From Octopus vulgaris (taxonomy: Eukaryota): a stretch of 64,000 bases of DNA. Below the pieces are notes generated by a model. The model searched no databases. It was not told the origin of the DNA and saw nothing but the letters and a program-made list of their open reading frames with translations. The position numbers and the translations under genes were made by a program. Where the stretch lies: NCBI GenBank assembly GCA_951406725.2, contig OX597823.1, forward strand, positions 52,142,001-52,206,000, given 5' to 3'. Numbering within the stretch: position 1 is the stretch's first letter; the number at the start of each line of letters is the position of its first letter. Positions 39,667 through 53,384 of the stretch are shown piece after piece.

Positions 39667-40462
39667 CAAGGTCTGATCAATAAATATCTGGACTGTTGCC
39701 AGATTGACCTTGAACTCTGTTGCGCGTGCACACTAAGTTTTACTGTTCTAGCTCACTTCTACTGTTTACAGCAGTGCTTGGAAGGAAAGTGTGTAGCATC
39801 TGATCATCGCATTGACCATGCCAGAGAAAGGTGTTCATGGCAATACCTGCTCAGAGGCCTATACAAAGTTGCAGAAAGTGTATGAGCTGCACACATGTTT
39901 GAGTGGTTCAGACGTTTCCAAGATCGCTGAAAAATGTCAATATTGACAAATGTTCTGGGAGACCCACAACCAGCAGAACTGAGAAAAACATCACAGATGT
40001 GCAAGCAGCTGTCAGAGGAAATCATCAAATCACCATCTGTGAGTTATCATAGGATGTGCAGATTAGTTATGGTTCAGTTCAGTCCATTATCACTGAAGAT
40101 TTTGGTATGAGATGCATGTCTGCCAAGTTTGTGGCAAAACTGCTTTCAGCTGACCAAAAAGACACTTGGTTTTCAGTTGCACAAGATCTCCTTGATTCTG
40201 TCAAGAATGATGAAAACTTTTTGAAAACTTTGCATAGGCCTCTAAGCAGGTATCACCAAGCTTTTGGAAAAATTTGATGCAGATTCTCTGCTCACACCTT
40301 CCTTCAAAGCACTGCTGTAAACAACAGAAGTAAATTAAAACAATGAAACTTAGTGCACATGCACAGCAGACTTCAAGGCCAATCTGTACCAAGCAGCTTC
40401 ACACTGCGTGATTAAGCATTGTTACTATGGCAATAGTCCAGATACTTCTTGATCAGACCACA
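39667..40462 (+). mobile_element. Non-autonomous mariner with long inverted ends
   Basis: TA-flanked TIRs GGTCTGATCAA.AA.TATCTGGACT.TTGCC. Transposase pieces VFEWFRRF and ISYGSVQSIITEDFGMRCMSAKFV. Confidence 0.85.
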
Positions 40463-41058
40463 TATATAAATATATACCAGAATGGGATATTCCATAGCTT
40501 ACTCTCAATACAGTCCCACTAAATATCAACTTACATACTGATGGTATTTATCATACCTGTCTAAATGTCTGTAGAATTGTAATAGCTGTGTGAACATAGT
40601 TGTGGATTGACAGATTGTAAGTTCAGTTTCATTGCAGGAATTTCATGATATTTTTAGGTAAGGCAAATTTTTCTACATATTCAAGTGCTCCTATCTATTA
40701 AGAATATATAGCAAATCATCTGACAATGTCACTAGAGATAGCCTGAGATCATATTCAAGAAAAGATTTATATTTCACCTGCTTAACATCGTTAATGTGAT
40801 GCCCTTAAAATCTCACCAGGGTATTGGAGTTATTTAAATTATCTTAAGTTAACTATTCTATGGCCTTATGACTGGAATCTACTCTTCCTTTCAGACTAAT
40901 TCATTAACATACGATTTCTTATAGAGATATTAAAACTTTAGTAAATTGAAGCTAAATATTATGTTGGTATAGACAATATGCACTTCTGCACATGAGAAAC
41001 TTATGACAGACATGCTAAAGTTCTCATACCTATTCATTTTGGCCTTGTATCTCACATA

Positions 41059-41250
41059 CCGTATTTTCCAGGATACAAGTTGAAATTTTCTGACTAAAAT
41101 TTACAACCAGTAAAAGGTAATTTGACTTATAGACCAAAACAACTTTGGAGGACTGAAACCTCCATGTGAATTGCAGCCAGATTTGGGATAATAGTGATGA
41201 TGTTTGAATGTTTACACTTCATATTTTACACTATATACTGGAAAATACAG
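41059..41250. mobile_element. Tc1/pogo-type MITE
   Basis: TA-CCGTATTTTCCAG...CTGGAAAATACAG-TA. Confidence 0.7.
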
Positions 41251-41294
41251 TATAATTCAAAAGTATTTGTCACTAATATATATATATATATATT

Positions 41295-41332
<38 letters not shown>

Positions 41333-42412
41333 ATATGTCCTTTAGTAAATAAGTTTTAGTGTAATTATCACAATTAATAATTGATGAACATTTTGTTCTC
41401 CTAGAGTTATGGTAAAAACTTATATTTTTACTTGTGTACCAAGATTACAGTTTCTAAGTTTCATACTGATTTGAAACACTCAACAAGGAGAAAATATTAT
41501 GTGAGGGCTTTTGTCACAAAAGTCATTATTTTATGCTGGGCTATGTCCATCTTCCTTTCATTTTCTACATGCTTTTCCTTATCATCTTTTACATCAACGT
41601 CTAAATATAAAATAGGGAGAAAGGGGAAAAAAAAAAATAATCGCATCATTGACTGGTTGATCTAGTAGATGAAAGATGTCTTATGGCCACTGGCCAAATG
41701 GTTGGTGCAAGAATGGTCAACAGTATTGAACATCTGCCAATATACTGGAACTACATAAAGAAAAGTGGCCAGAATGGGTTAGGGTCATCGTCAATAGCAT
41801 AACCTAAAATGAATATCATGTGTTGGGCAGTATTATCCAAAAGGAATCTACTTATTAATCTATTGATGTAAGCAGTAGGGGTGCTGGGTTGGTGCTGAAA
41901 TTCTTCTAAAGCAGCTCTCAAACAGGTTAAACTTGCTTCATCTTCTTTCTTTCAATTGGAAAATAAGTACATCTTGTTTTGTTTTCAGAAGATCTTGCAA
42001 TGATCTTCTGAACTAACAAAGCTTTTGATTAATGCATTTTCAAATGTGCTGCCATTCAGCAACTGAATTTTCTGTGGAATGATTTTAATAAAGAGTCATT
42101 GCAGGGTTTACAAAGGTCTTGTAATTGGCAAAAAGACATGTAATCCTTCTTAAAACACTCACATTAAATCATAAAAGTGCCCTTCTGAAGAGGCAGAAGT
42201 TCAATCAAGCAAAATACTTAAGTCGTATCATGTTAAAATGACAGTTATTTGAAACCAAACCATGAAGAAATAAATATAATTGAAGATTTCTTTGATATTT
42301 ATTTAAATGGCATTATGCTATTTTAAGAGAATTTTATTTTGTGAATGTAATGCGTAAGTCTCATTAATTTACATTATCTATACATGTAAAATGTAGTATG
42401 TATATACATACA

Positions 42413-42449
<37 letters not shown>

Positions 42450-42450
42450 G

Positions 42451-42549
<99 letters not shown>

Positions 42550-42762
42550 ATTCACACATTTATGAAATAGTCCTCATATACAGTTGTTCCATCTTTTTTT
42601 TTGTCCATGAATATATTGTTTGTATACTCATTATGACTGCATTTGTCAGAGCAAACAATGTTGACTAAAAGTCTATACGTATTATAGCAATAAAACAAAA
42701 TATTAGTATCACATCAGTAATTTTACACATACACACACACACGAATGCAGGTATATGTGTAT

Positions 42763-42793
<31 letters not shown>

Positions 42794-44972
42794 ACTGGGC
42801 GGTTTTTTTCATTAGCGTAAGGAAGTATAAAGTTGAACTGTGAGTATACAGCTTTTCCACAAAATATAATGATTCCATGTTCAGTTAATTCTAAGTGTAT
42901 ATTACAAAAACAATTAGCCCAAGTATGTAATCGTTGCAAGGAATGTCCATCTAGTGATAAAAGTGATCAATAGATTTAACATAAAAATTTCCACCTGACT
43001 GATATTGATAGAAATATATATGACAAATGATAACCTCATAGCTAATAATAGCGGAGTTAGTTGGTTGATCATATAGCCAATCGTGACATTTAAGCAGATA
43101 AGACTAATGGACTACATGAAACTATGGCTAAGATCTTTGATCTTTAAATAACTCGATGTCTTCAACGTGTCAGCTGTGTTGGTCTTGGCTTCCGCACTCA
43201 ACTGTAGCAGTTCAGCTGATATCGTAATTCTTCACTGTTTGTTTAAACAACCATAAAAGAATTCACACAACAGAGAGATTTATTTCAAATATTTTCCATT
43301 CAAGATTGAATATGAAACTATGTAATCAGTCTCAAAAGAACACTCTAGAATTTTATTGGTGAAAATAGCAAGGAATGAATCTTAAATGGTAATTCTTGAA
43401 TGCAGATGAGTCTTATAAATCAATCAATATTCTATTAAACCAAAGCACAAGGAGAAAAAAAAGATAATTGGAAAATAGATTTATTGTGTCATTTTGCATT
43501 GTTTTGTGTACATGACTGTCATGGCTGGATTCAAATTAAAGAAAAATTTAATTTTCAGTTATTTAGCTTTGGTGTATATATCCTTAAATCTTTGTTTTAC
43601 AGCAGTAGGTTCATTAAAAGGTTCTTACTCACAGTATCATTGCACCTATTCTTTTTATATTGTGAACCAAATTAATTCAGAATTAAAGAACAGGTACTCT
43701 GTTGGTAATGACAATGAGAGTTCAAATTGATCCAATCTCATGAAATTAACGTGCAAGTGGTTGGTCAGCATGGTGCTTTAGTAGAAGACACTTGCCCAAG
43801 GTGCTGTACAATGGGACTGAGCCCAAGGTTACATGGTTGTAAAGCAAGCTTTTTATCAACACAGCCATGCCTGCACCCAAAACAACTTATTAGATAAATT
43901 AAGATGACTAAGGATCGGACCTTGAAGAATTTGGGCTATAAGTCATCTGCGACATTTAGTTAAATCACTTTACAGTTTAAATCCAGTCCCCTGAGGGAGT
44001 TCTTTCAACCATCTGCTTCAGAATGAGGGTGAATAATATCAGTAATGAACTGGAGTCATTAAAGTAAATTGACTTTACCCTCCTTTTCTTCATGGTTGTA
44101 GTGTTTGTGCCGAAGCTTGAAATCAATATTTATTAGATAAGTCAAGTGGCATTTGTTAACCATTTAATATCATTATAATTTTGATTATAAATAATGAAGA
44201 GACATTAAAGAAGATAAATTATTGATAGTGGATAAGTAAACAGTGTTTTCGAACTAGTCATTCAGGAGTAATAGTATGGATGGACACTGGTTTACCCTCA
44301 AAAGAAATCACTTGTTTTATATTGGTGATTTGTCTGGCATGATTCATTTCGTTCAGCCCCACCCATCCTTTGAAACGTGGTCTAAGCTGGCAAGGACAAA
44401 CTTAACCTTATAGTGTATATATCTGTGTTTCACTGTGTACATATTTATGTATATATGTGCGTTTGTATGTATGTATGTATGTATGTATGTATGTATGTAT
44501 GTATGTATGTATGTATGCATGTATGCGTGTATGTATGTATGTATGTATGTATGTATGTATGTATGTATGTATACATGTATGTATGTATGTATGTATACAT
44601 GTATGTATGTATCTACATATGTATGTGTGTGTGTGTGTGCATGCATTTACATGTGTGCACATATACTGTATACATTTGCATACATGTTCTTTTTGCAGCC
44701 ATGCTAAGGCTTAAAATCAAAGTGTTTTAGTTGACTGTATTGTCCCCAGTATTTATATTTAAATGTTTGATAAATATATTATCAATCTTTCGTCAAATAT
44801 TACATGTATTTTATGTACATACATGCAAACATATATATACACACACATGTATACATGCATATATATATATATATAACGGGAAGGTTTACGAAAATAAACA
44901 AAAGACGAAGGCAGGTGGAGTACAAACAAACAACTGTATTAGTATGGCACTCAGGAATAGAAATAGAACAAG

Positions 44973-45010
44973 TCTTTTACGTTTCGAGCCTACGCTCTTC
45001 GACAGAAAGA
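44973..45010 (-). ncRNA. HHR-like motif with variant core CUGUCGA, within repeat ~44875-45085
   Basis: TCTTT-CTGTCGA-A-GAGC(gtag)GCTC-GAAACGTA-AAAGA. Confidence 0.45.
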
Positions 45011-45939
45011 TACGCAGAAAAGAAACAAGGAGAGAAACAAGGAGAGAAAAAAATGCATGTAGGAGCTAACGGTCTATCATGGCGTCATCATCATCATCGT
45101 CGTTTAATGTCTGCTCTCCATGCTAGCATGGATTAGACGGTTTGACTGAGGACTGGTGAGCCAGAAGGCTGCTCCAGGCTCCAATCCAATCTGGCAATGT
45201 TTCTACGGCTGAATGCCCTTCCAAATGCCAACCACTCTGAGAGTGTAGTGGGTGCTTTTTATGTGGCATGTAGTAAGCACCCACTACACTCTCAGAGTGT
45301 ATATATATACAAGTTCAATTTGTATCTTGGTTCAAAATGGTTACAACATCCTTGGTACTAGGGCACCTTGACTACTGAGGAAGGTTCAGGCTGTAATGTG
45401 GACAGTAGCATAAAATATAGCAGCAAAGGGGTATCCAGGTATCATAACGTGGATGCAGCCCCATTCTCCTTAGTGTGTAAAGGCTTAGATCAGATGTATA
45501 AGGAGTGAAGTGCCCATGGACAAGAATACCCTATGACTTACTGTAATCATATGGTGCTTCTCCCTACCTCAATGCATCACCAATTCATCTTCCCATTTTT
45601 ACCTCCACAAAACAGTTATTTTCTGATGATATTTCTTTTTGTTACATAGTTGTTGTGGACAACTGTTGTAACTGCTTTTGGATTTATCTAGAATCCAAAT
45701 GTCTGGAAACAAGCCATCATATGAAACTGAAAGCAGTAGTTAAAAAATGAATTGTAAAGGGATTACACTGGATATTAAACTTGATGGTTTAAAAAACTTG
45801 TCATGGAAGAAAAAAAAGAAACTCTGCTACATTGCCGAAATATTAAAGCTTGGAACAACTACAGTGAGTACTGGGGTACAATGAAGTTGATTTACCCCAT
45901 TCTACCATTCCATGACATTGCTGGTCTTGTGCCAAGACT

Positions 45940-46190
45940 TAAAACATTGCATACTTGTTCTGGAATATATGCTATTTCAGTAAACATTTTCTTTAGCTGC
46001 TCAATGTTAACAACAATCTCTGTATGAGAACCGGTAGCGTCACCAGCCAATTTTATGCTGTACAAGTTCAAGGACTTTTTAAATCTTTTAAATCAGCATT
46101 TATTAGAAGGAAATGGCTTTTAATTAGAGGTTTCACCTTCCTTTTGCTGCAACTCATCATACAAACTTATGGCTTTTTATTAAAAAGTGA
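45940..46190 (-). pseudogene. Tigger/pogo transposase fragment (inverted duplicate)
   Basis: KAISLYDEL...FKRFKKSLNLYSIKLAGDA...LKKMFTEIAYIPEQVCNV. Confidence 0.8.
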
Positions 46191-46229
46191 GAACAATATG
46201 TAACACTAGAGAGAAAATTCAGTCAAGTA

Positions 46230-46961
46230 TCCAAGAAATTACTCCTTTAACGGCTTGGAAGTTCATTTTGTTATACATCTAATGTGATGTTTGAAATTGG
46301 ACAGCTTTTGAGTGTATGGATCAAGGATCAGATTTAATGCAATGTGCTGATAGTAAGATGGTAATTAAATAAAAAGCTATAAGTTTGTATGATGACTTGC
46401 TGAAAAAGGTAAGTGAAACTTCTGATTAAAAGCATTTTCTTTCTAATAAATGCTGATTTAAAAGATATAAGTCCTTGAATTTGCACAGCATAAAATTGTC
46501 TGTTATTGTTGATACAGGGGTTGTTGCTAATAGTGAACAGCTAAAGAAAATGACTGCTGAAGTGGGTAGATACCAGAGCAAGTATAGGTAAAGACCTCCT
46601 TCAGTTATAAAAGACCATGGGATTGCACCTAGAAAGTTACCCTCCGAGGCACAAGTCCAGGCAAGATTGTTTATCGATGACCAGCAGTTGCCCATTCATA
46701 CCAACCTTCCCTCTCCATACCACCAATATTATCCAAGGGAAAGGCAAAGGCTGATACAGCTTGGCACTAATGATGTCACGATTCATATCTACAGGTGTAG
46801 GAGTGGTTCTGTGATAAGTAGCTTGCTTACCAACCACATGGTTCCGGGTTCAGTCCCACTGCGTGGCACCTTGGGCAAGTGTCTTCTACTACTATAGCCT
46901 TGGGCTGACCAAAGCCTTGTGAGTGGATTTGGTAGACAGAAACTGAAAGAAGCCCGTCATA

Positions 46962-47004
<43 letters not shown>

Positions 47005-48641
47005 GTATATGTTTGTGTGTCTGTGTTTGTCCCCCAATATCGCTTGACAACTGATGCTGGTGTGTTTACGTCCCTGTAACTTAGTGGTTTGGCAAAAGAG
47101 ACCGATAGAAAAAGTACTAGGCTTACAAAGAATAAGTCCTTTTGTCGATTTGCTTAACTAAAGGCGGTGCTCCAGCATGGCCACAGTCAAATAACTGAAA
47201 TAAGTAAAAGAGTAAAAGAGTAAAAGAGCTGAGTGAACTGGAGCAATGTGAAGCAAAGTGTCTGCAATGTACATGAAACTGCATTTTTCTAGAAATGTTT
47301 GCCTTCAAGAAATTTTACTTCTTGAGAAGAAAACTTTGATTTATGGATTTAAGCTTCCAAAAATTGTCTGATGCTTCTGCTGGGAGGAAATGATGCTGAG
47401 GATTTAAAATTATCTACTACTTAAATCCAAAAGCTTTGAAAGGTTATGCAGTTTCATTTGTTATTCAAACAACATGGCATAGATAACTAAAAGCCTTTTC
47501 AAAGGTTGGTTTAAAGCCCTTTTTATCCTGCTGCAGAAAAGCATACTGCTAGGCATGATATTTCCAACAAAGCATTGCACATTTGAGACAATGCATCAAA
47601 GCTTTCTGGTAATGTCAGAGTAGAATATATCCTCAAGAATAACCCCTCTTTGCTCCAACCAATCAATCAACGTGTGATAGCTAACTTCAAGGCATATTAT
47701 ATGAGAAGAACTCTCAATCAACTATGAAAGCAGTCGATATGGAAGCTAAACCTGCAGTTAGAGACTCCTGGAAGAAGTTCAACTTAATGGATGATGTGGA
47801 TAACATAGCTGAGTCAAAGGATAAAGTGAACCTCTCAACTTTGAATGACACTTGGAAAAACATATAACCAGACTGTACCTGCAACTTTACAAGTTTTCCA
47901 CTGGAAGAAAGTGTACATCAGATTCAGAAAGATATTGTGACAATTGCAAATGATGCATGGTTTTCAAGAAGTCATAGAGATGATGTGATTGAGTTGCTAA
48001 TGTCTCACAGGAAAAACTCATCTAATGAAGACCTGATACTGTTTGAACCAGAGCATGCTGGATATACAGATGAGAATATGGAAATTCTACCAACTCCATT
48101 GATCGCAAAGAATATTGACAAAGGGTTTGGTTGGCATTTATAGAAAGAATTCTGCAAATTTAGATTTGTAACAGCCCTAATTGTGAAAGAAGCAAAAAAC
48201 TACAAGAGTTTATAATGTGCTCAGTTCCTAAACTGAACTCTATGAAGAGATGAGGCATAACAAAGATCAAACAGCTTTGATATGTTCTTAATCCCCTATC
48301 TTAAGCAGATATTGGTAATGAACTAAATGATAGAAGATAAACTTCCTCATTTTATTGATAACTCTCATTCATCACAATTCTAAATCATTTCTTGTATTTT
48401 TCTAGAAACATTTTTATGTATACATATTATACTGTGTCTGTTTAAAATAGTTATTTTCATGCATAAAAGTGGTCAGGTCAATTTTTTTTTTTGAGTGTGT
48501 TTGTTTTTTTAAAAATCTACAAACATGCATTTCACTTTATAAACATAAATATCAATGGAAAATTTATTTCACATTATAGGATTCTGCATTACGGTAGATT
48601 TACAGGAACACATTACTTCCACAATGCGAGTGGTTCCTAGA
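46230..48641 (+). pseudogene. Tigger/pogo DNA transposon remnant interrupted by nested SINEs
   Basis: KAISLYDDL...PEQV [insertion 46586-47262] NVHETAFF...PKALKG...LQPINQRVIANFKAYYMRRT...DVIELLMSH..NEDL. Confidence 0.85.
46793..47228 (+). mobile_element. SINE family A nested in a minus-strand B-like SINE (46586-47262)
   Basis: Host sequence CATATCTACAG resumes as CTGAGTGAACTGGAGCAA after the tail. Confidence 0.85.
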
Positions 48642-49117
48642 TATATATATTTATGTATAAAGTGTTATATTATGCATACTGATCCAAACTTGCCAAGGTG
48701 TGCACACAACAGTCTCGTGTGTAAGTGCATGTGCAGATAGAATTAACAATTGCAACTACACAATTTTGGTATTTGCCAAGAACTGTTTTGTGGATACCTA
48801 TGAATAGTACCTATGAATGAGTTGGAGTACCAAGTGTAAAATAAACAAATATGCATAAAATACAGTGGGGCTCTTGCAGACAGAAAATTAGAACATTATT
48901 TACCAATGTACTTATAAGAAAATTCATTGAGTGACTCAAGTAAATAAACTACTGAATTAACTTCATCAATATAGTGGAAAGAAATATGTGTTACCTGACA
49001 ATCAATTCAGTTAGTGAGGAAGACAATGTTCAAGGGATTATCAAAACATTTTGGAAAGTGATTGTTATTTCCTCAAAAAAACATATTGCTTTCATTATTG
49101 AAAACAATATATGTTGA

Positions 49118-49313
49118 ATTATGGAGATGTACTTGCATAGCAAGTGACCTGATCTGAGATTGTGTGCTGGAACAAAAACAATTGCAGTAGGGAAGGTGCT
49201 TATAAGCCATTTAAGAAACACACAAAAACCGTTAGATTCACTTCAACATTTAAATTTGATTTGTCAAAATATGTTTGTCGCTATGAGACTGTGACCTGTT
49301 CACTGACAAAAAT
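49118..49313. mobile_element. Second copy of the 467-697 repeat, not inverted
   Basis: Direct sequence similarity. Confidence 0.7.
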
Positions 49314-50526
49314 GTGTGGTAATGAGACACGGTGTTTAAATATGAAATATTTGTGGAGACTGTACAGAAACAAAATTAAAATGATACATTGGAATTATGG
49401 CCATAAATTGCATGAAAGCTGGACTGTATATAAAGCTGTGAAAGTACCTGGTGGTGAATAAAGCCATCTACTAGAGTGCAGAAAAAAATGAGTCAACAAA
49501 GAACAAGTGACAGAATAGGAAACAAGTGATAAAATTTCAAAATTTTCAAATGAAGCAAAATGAAAACCAGGTGTAATGTGGCATACTACAGATCCAACTA
49601 AGCAACACCTTAAACTTATATTTAAAAAATAATGCTGAGGATGATGATGATGATGAATTCAGTAATGAAACAACAATGATGGTAGGCATGATGACAATGA
49701 TGTCAACAATGGCACTGGTGATGTATACAGTGTTGAAAACACATTCTACAGTTCCATGGGTCAGCACTGGTGGTTTGATTGGTTATTTTCAAAGACACGC
49801 TCTAATTGACCGAAAGTAACTCAAATTCTTGCTCATCATTAACTACAACAACAAGAACAATGATAACATCAGAAACAAGAACTACAACGAAAATCTACAT
49901 CAACATGAACATCAGAATTGCCGTCACAGTTTTTCCCAAGAAAATATCAAAAGTAAAGAATGTTCCCTAACACATTAAAACTCTTTCGTTGCTATATGAG
50001 ACACCTTTGAGGAAAGATCGGATTTGTTTTACTGATTTGTTATCTGCAAAAGAACATTACCAATAAGATTACAAGTAGCACTTGAATGATACTAACAGGT
50101 CATAAGTCATATCGGGAGGAGACAGGAGGTCCTTTGAGAGAGCAGACTTAATTACTGCTGTCGTGTCATTTTCTGTGTACATTGTTAGTCCTGTAGGTCT
50201 GCAATTAGCCAAGATTGGGACCAATTTCTTCTGCAAAGCCTTCAGATATGAGGTGACCTATATGTCTGTAGATATACACAGGCATATCCATCTTGAGAAA
50301 TATCATTTTCTACAAGAGTTGATTAATTTCTTTTCTGTGTTATCAATTTAACACCCGTGTACAACTTGGTTGGTTTAACATCTTTGCCACTACATCAATG
50401 TATGACTGACATACAAGTGAAACTCTTCTATCAAAAAAGGCAGACCAGTCTTACTAATTCAACCATTCTTTCAACTGATTGACCACAATTCCAATCAAGT
50501 TACTAATGCTACTTTGAACTTCTTAC

Positions 50527-50650
50527 AGCTGTTTTTGTTGTTTTTGTTGTTGTTGACGATGTTGTCGTTGTTGCCAAGGTTGTTGGTGTAGTTGCTTCAG
50601 TTTGAAATCGGCAGCAAGGTTCACTACCGTCATCAATCAACTGAACAGTA
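50527..50650 (-). CDS. Candidate exon, Thr-rich (mucin-like) segment
   Basis: Pyrimidine-rich ...CCATTTAG acceptor, GTAAGA donor. Reads TVQLIDDGSEPCCRFQTEATTPTTLATTTTSSTTTKTTKTA, phase 2 to 0. Confidence 0.5.
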
Positions 50651-51084
50651 CTAAATGGCATGAGGGAATTTGGGAAAATTAATATAAATAAGAAAAATAC
50701 CAAGATTTTTCTCAAATTTACAATTATTCATGCTTGATGCTGTTGTGCATTTTTACAATGCACACTGATCAGTACATATAAAGTTATTTGTACAAGCAAT
50801 TATGTAAGTGTATAGATATACAGACCTTGGTATATATGAATATATATGCATACATATATATAAAAAAAATAAATATTAATAAATGATCAGTAGTGACATA
50901 AGCAGTAATAATACAGAAGCAGTGTTAATACCAAGAGAAATCATTACATCCAACTCAACGTGAATGTTTTGTTAAAACACCAGATATTGTATTATTTACT
51001 TTGAGAAATGCATTAATACCTTTTGATATTTATACTACTTCTGTGACTAGTTATTGTTTTTTGTTTTTTTTTATAAGCCTACTG

Positions 51085-51505
51085 ACTCTGCGGAGAGCTT
51101 GCTAGGGGTACTAGGTCTGTGGGAAGACCGATCTTACGTTACAAGGATGTTTGCAAAAGGGACATGAAGGCCTGCAACATCAATATTAGCAATTGGGAAG
51201 CAATTGCCAGCAACCGTGGAGATTGGCGACGTACTGTAAAAGAGGGAATACAAAGGAGTGACAGAGAGAGAGAGAGAGGAGAAATGGAAAGACAAGAAAA
51301 GACATCAACAAGAAACTATGACATTACAACCAGCCAGGAACAGTCTTCGCTACATTTGCGGTACCTGCCAGAGGGAGTGTTTGTCCAGGATAGGACTACA
51401 CTGCCACAGCAGGAAATGTATCAGGACATGAAATGTAAAAGCCAGACTAGACTATTTTATGCGCAACTCCATTGTCTCCCGAGACAAAAAGGATGCCAAC
51501 CAACA
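51085..51505 (+). pseudogene. RTE-BovB-like LINE 3' end
   Basis: GELARGTRSVGRPILRYKDVCKRDMK...WE..A..R..WR, plus frameshifted C2H2 motif CGTCQRECLSRIGLHCH. Confidence 0.85.
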
Positions 51506-51597
51506 CTGACTATTTGCAACACCAATGCCTGAAAAGACACTGAAATTCTATGTATTGTTGACAGTGTGATTCACCTGTTATGTCAGTACCAGAAATC

Positions 51598-51641
51598 TGC
51601 CACTGAAGAGACTCGGTAGGTTGAAATCATATGATCTGGTA
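51598..51641 (+). ncRNA. Minimal type I HHR
   Basis: TGCCA-CTGAAGA-GAC(tcggtag)GTT-GAAATCATATGATC-TGGTA. Palindromic ATCATATGAT, AUC triplet. Confidence 0.7.
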
Positions 51642-51834
51642 ATTACAGTACCTGTAGTAGACAATTCTAATCCATCAGTGATATAAATATGAATGTTTTT
51701 ATGCATCATGCATGCATATGAGAGGTCTTCTCAAGGTAAATAATGCAATATTTGGTGTTTTAGCCTCAAGTTTATGAATGCTATCTGTATGTATATTTGT
51801 ATATACACATGTATATACGTGTGTATGTGTGAAT

Positions 51835-51893
<59 letters not shown>

Positions 51894-52102
51894 TGCGAGT
51901 GTGTGTGTGATCTAATAAACACAATATATTGTTATGAGCTACTAATAGATTCAATCAATGAAGACAATTCAGACAGCATTTTAGAACACATCTGGTGCTT
52001 TCATGCAACAATTTTTTGTTGATCTTACACCACAGAATAGTACATAATATATACATATATAAGGCTACCATTGGTTTCATGTTATGAAAAGTTGGAACAT
52101 GT

Positions 52103-52318
52103 ACTCTTTTACTCTTTAACTTGTTTCAGTCATTTGACTGTGACCATGCTGAAGCACCGTCTATAGTTGAGCAAATCGACGCAAGGACTTATTCTTTGTA
52201 AGCCTAGTACTTATTCTATTGGTCTCTTTTGCAGAACCGCTAAGTTACGGGGATGTAAACACACCAGCATCGGTTGTCAAGTGATGTTGAGGGGACAAAC
52301 ACAGACACACAAACACAC

Positions 52319-52372
<54 letters not shown>

Positions 52373-52540
52373 ATACAACAGGCTTCTTTCAGTTTCCACC
52401 TACCAAATCCACTCACAAGGCTTTGGTCGGCCCAAGGCTATAGTAGAAGACACTTGCCCAAGTGCCACGCAGTGGGACTGAACCTGGAACCATATGGTTG
52501 GTAAACAAGCTACTTACCACACAGTCACTCCTACACCTAC
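52103..52540 (-). mobile_element. SINE family A inserted in a Tc1-like remnant ending CACCCTGTA (~52667)
   Basis: Full-length match to 36161-36573. Confidence 0.85.
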
Positions 52541-53384
52541 ATGGAAGTGTTCTAATAAAATTTTATTTGTTTATCTATGTTTTCCAATAAACTCTGCTGA
52601 GTTACCCTTATTTTTCAATTTTTCTGAATTTTTGAAATTGTAAAAGTGATTTATGGACACCCTGTAGGATACGCTTCTTTCAGTTTCCATTTGATAAATC
52701 CCCTCACAATGTTTTATTTAGCCTGGAGCTATTGTAAAAGATACTTTGAGTGGGACTAAACCCAAAACGATGTGGTAATAAAAAACCTTCCTACCACACT
52801 ATCATGCCAAGGCTTGTAGCATATATATCGTTTCTTATATGTTGTCTATGTGTATGTATACATCTCTTTAAATTATTGCTTAGAATAGACTATGGCCATC
52901 TCATCATCCTAATTTAACGTCTGTTTTCTATGCTGGCATTGGTTGGACAGTTTGACTGAGAACTGGCAAGCTGGGTAGCTGCACCAGGTTTCAATCTGAT
53001 TTGGCAAGGTTTCTATAGCTGGATGCCCATGTTGTTTATTAGTTAGCTATTGCCACCTGCACTTAAGTGTATGTAATACAACTATCATATCATTGGCATA
53101 TCTGTTGTATATCATTTGTTTATGTTTTGGTATTATTTTGTTTTCTATTGTATCTTGGTAGGATGGTGCAGAAGTTGACACTTCAGGAAGGTGAGAGACT
53201 AAAGGGAGATTTTGGAAACAGCTCTATACTAAAACCTAATATCTAAAATAATACAAACAGGACCCCATTTTTTGACATTAACATAGAATAGTGATCAAAA
53301 AGAGATACAAAACTCCCACCAAATACTTCATATAACTATACAGCAAAGAATCATACATATGCATATACCTCCATGAGAAGTTAC

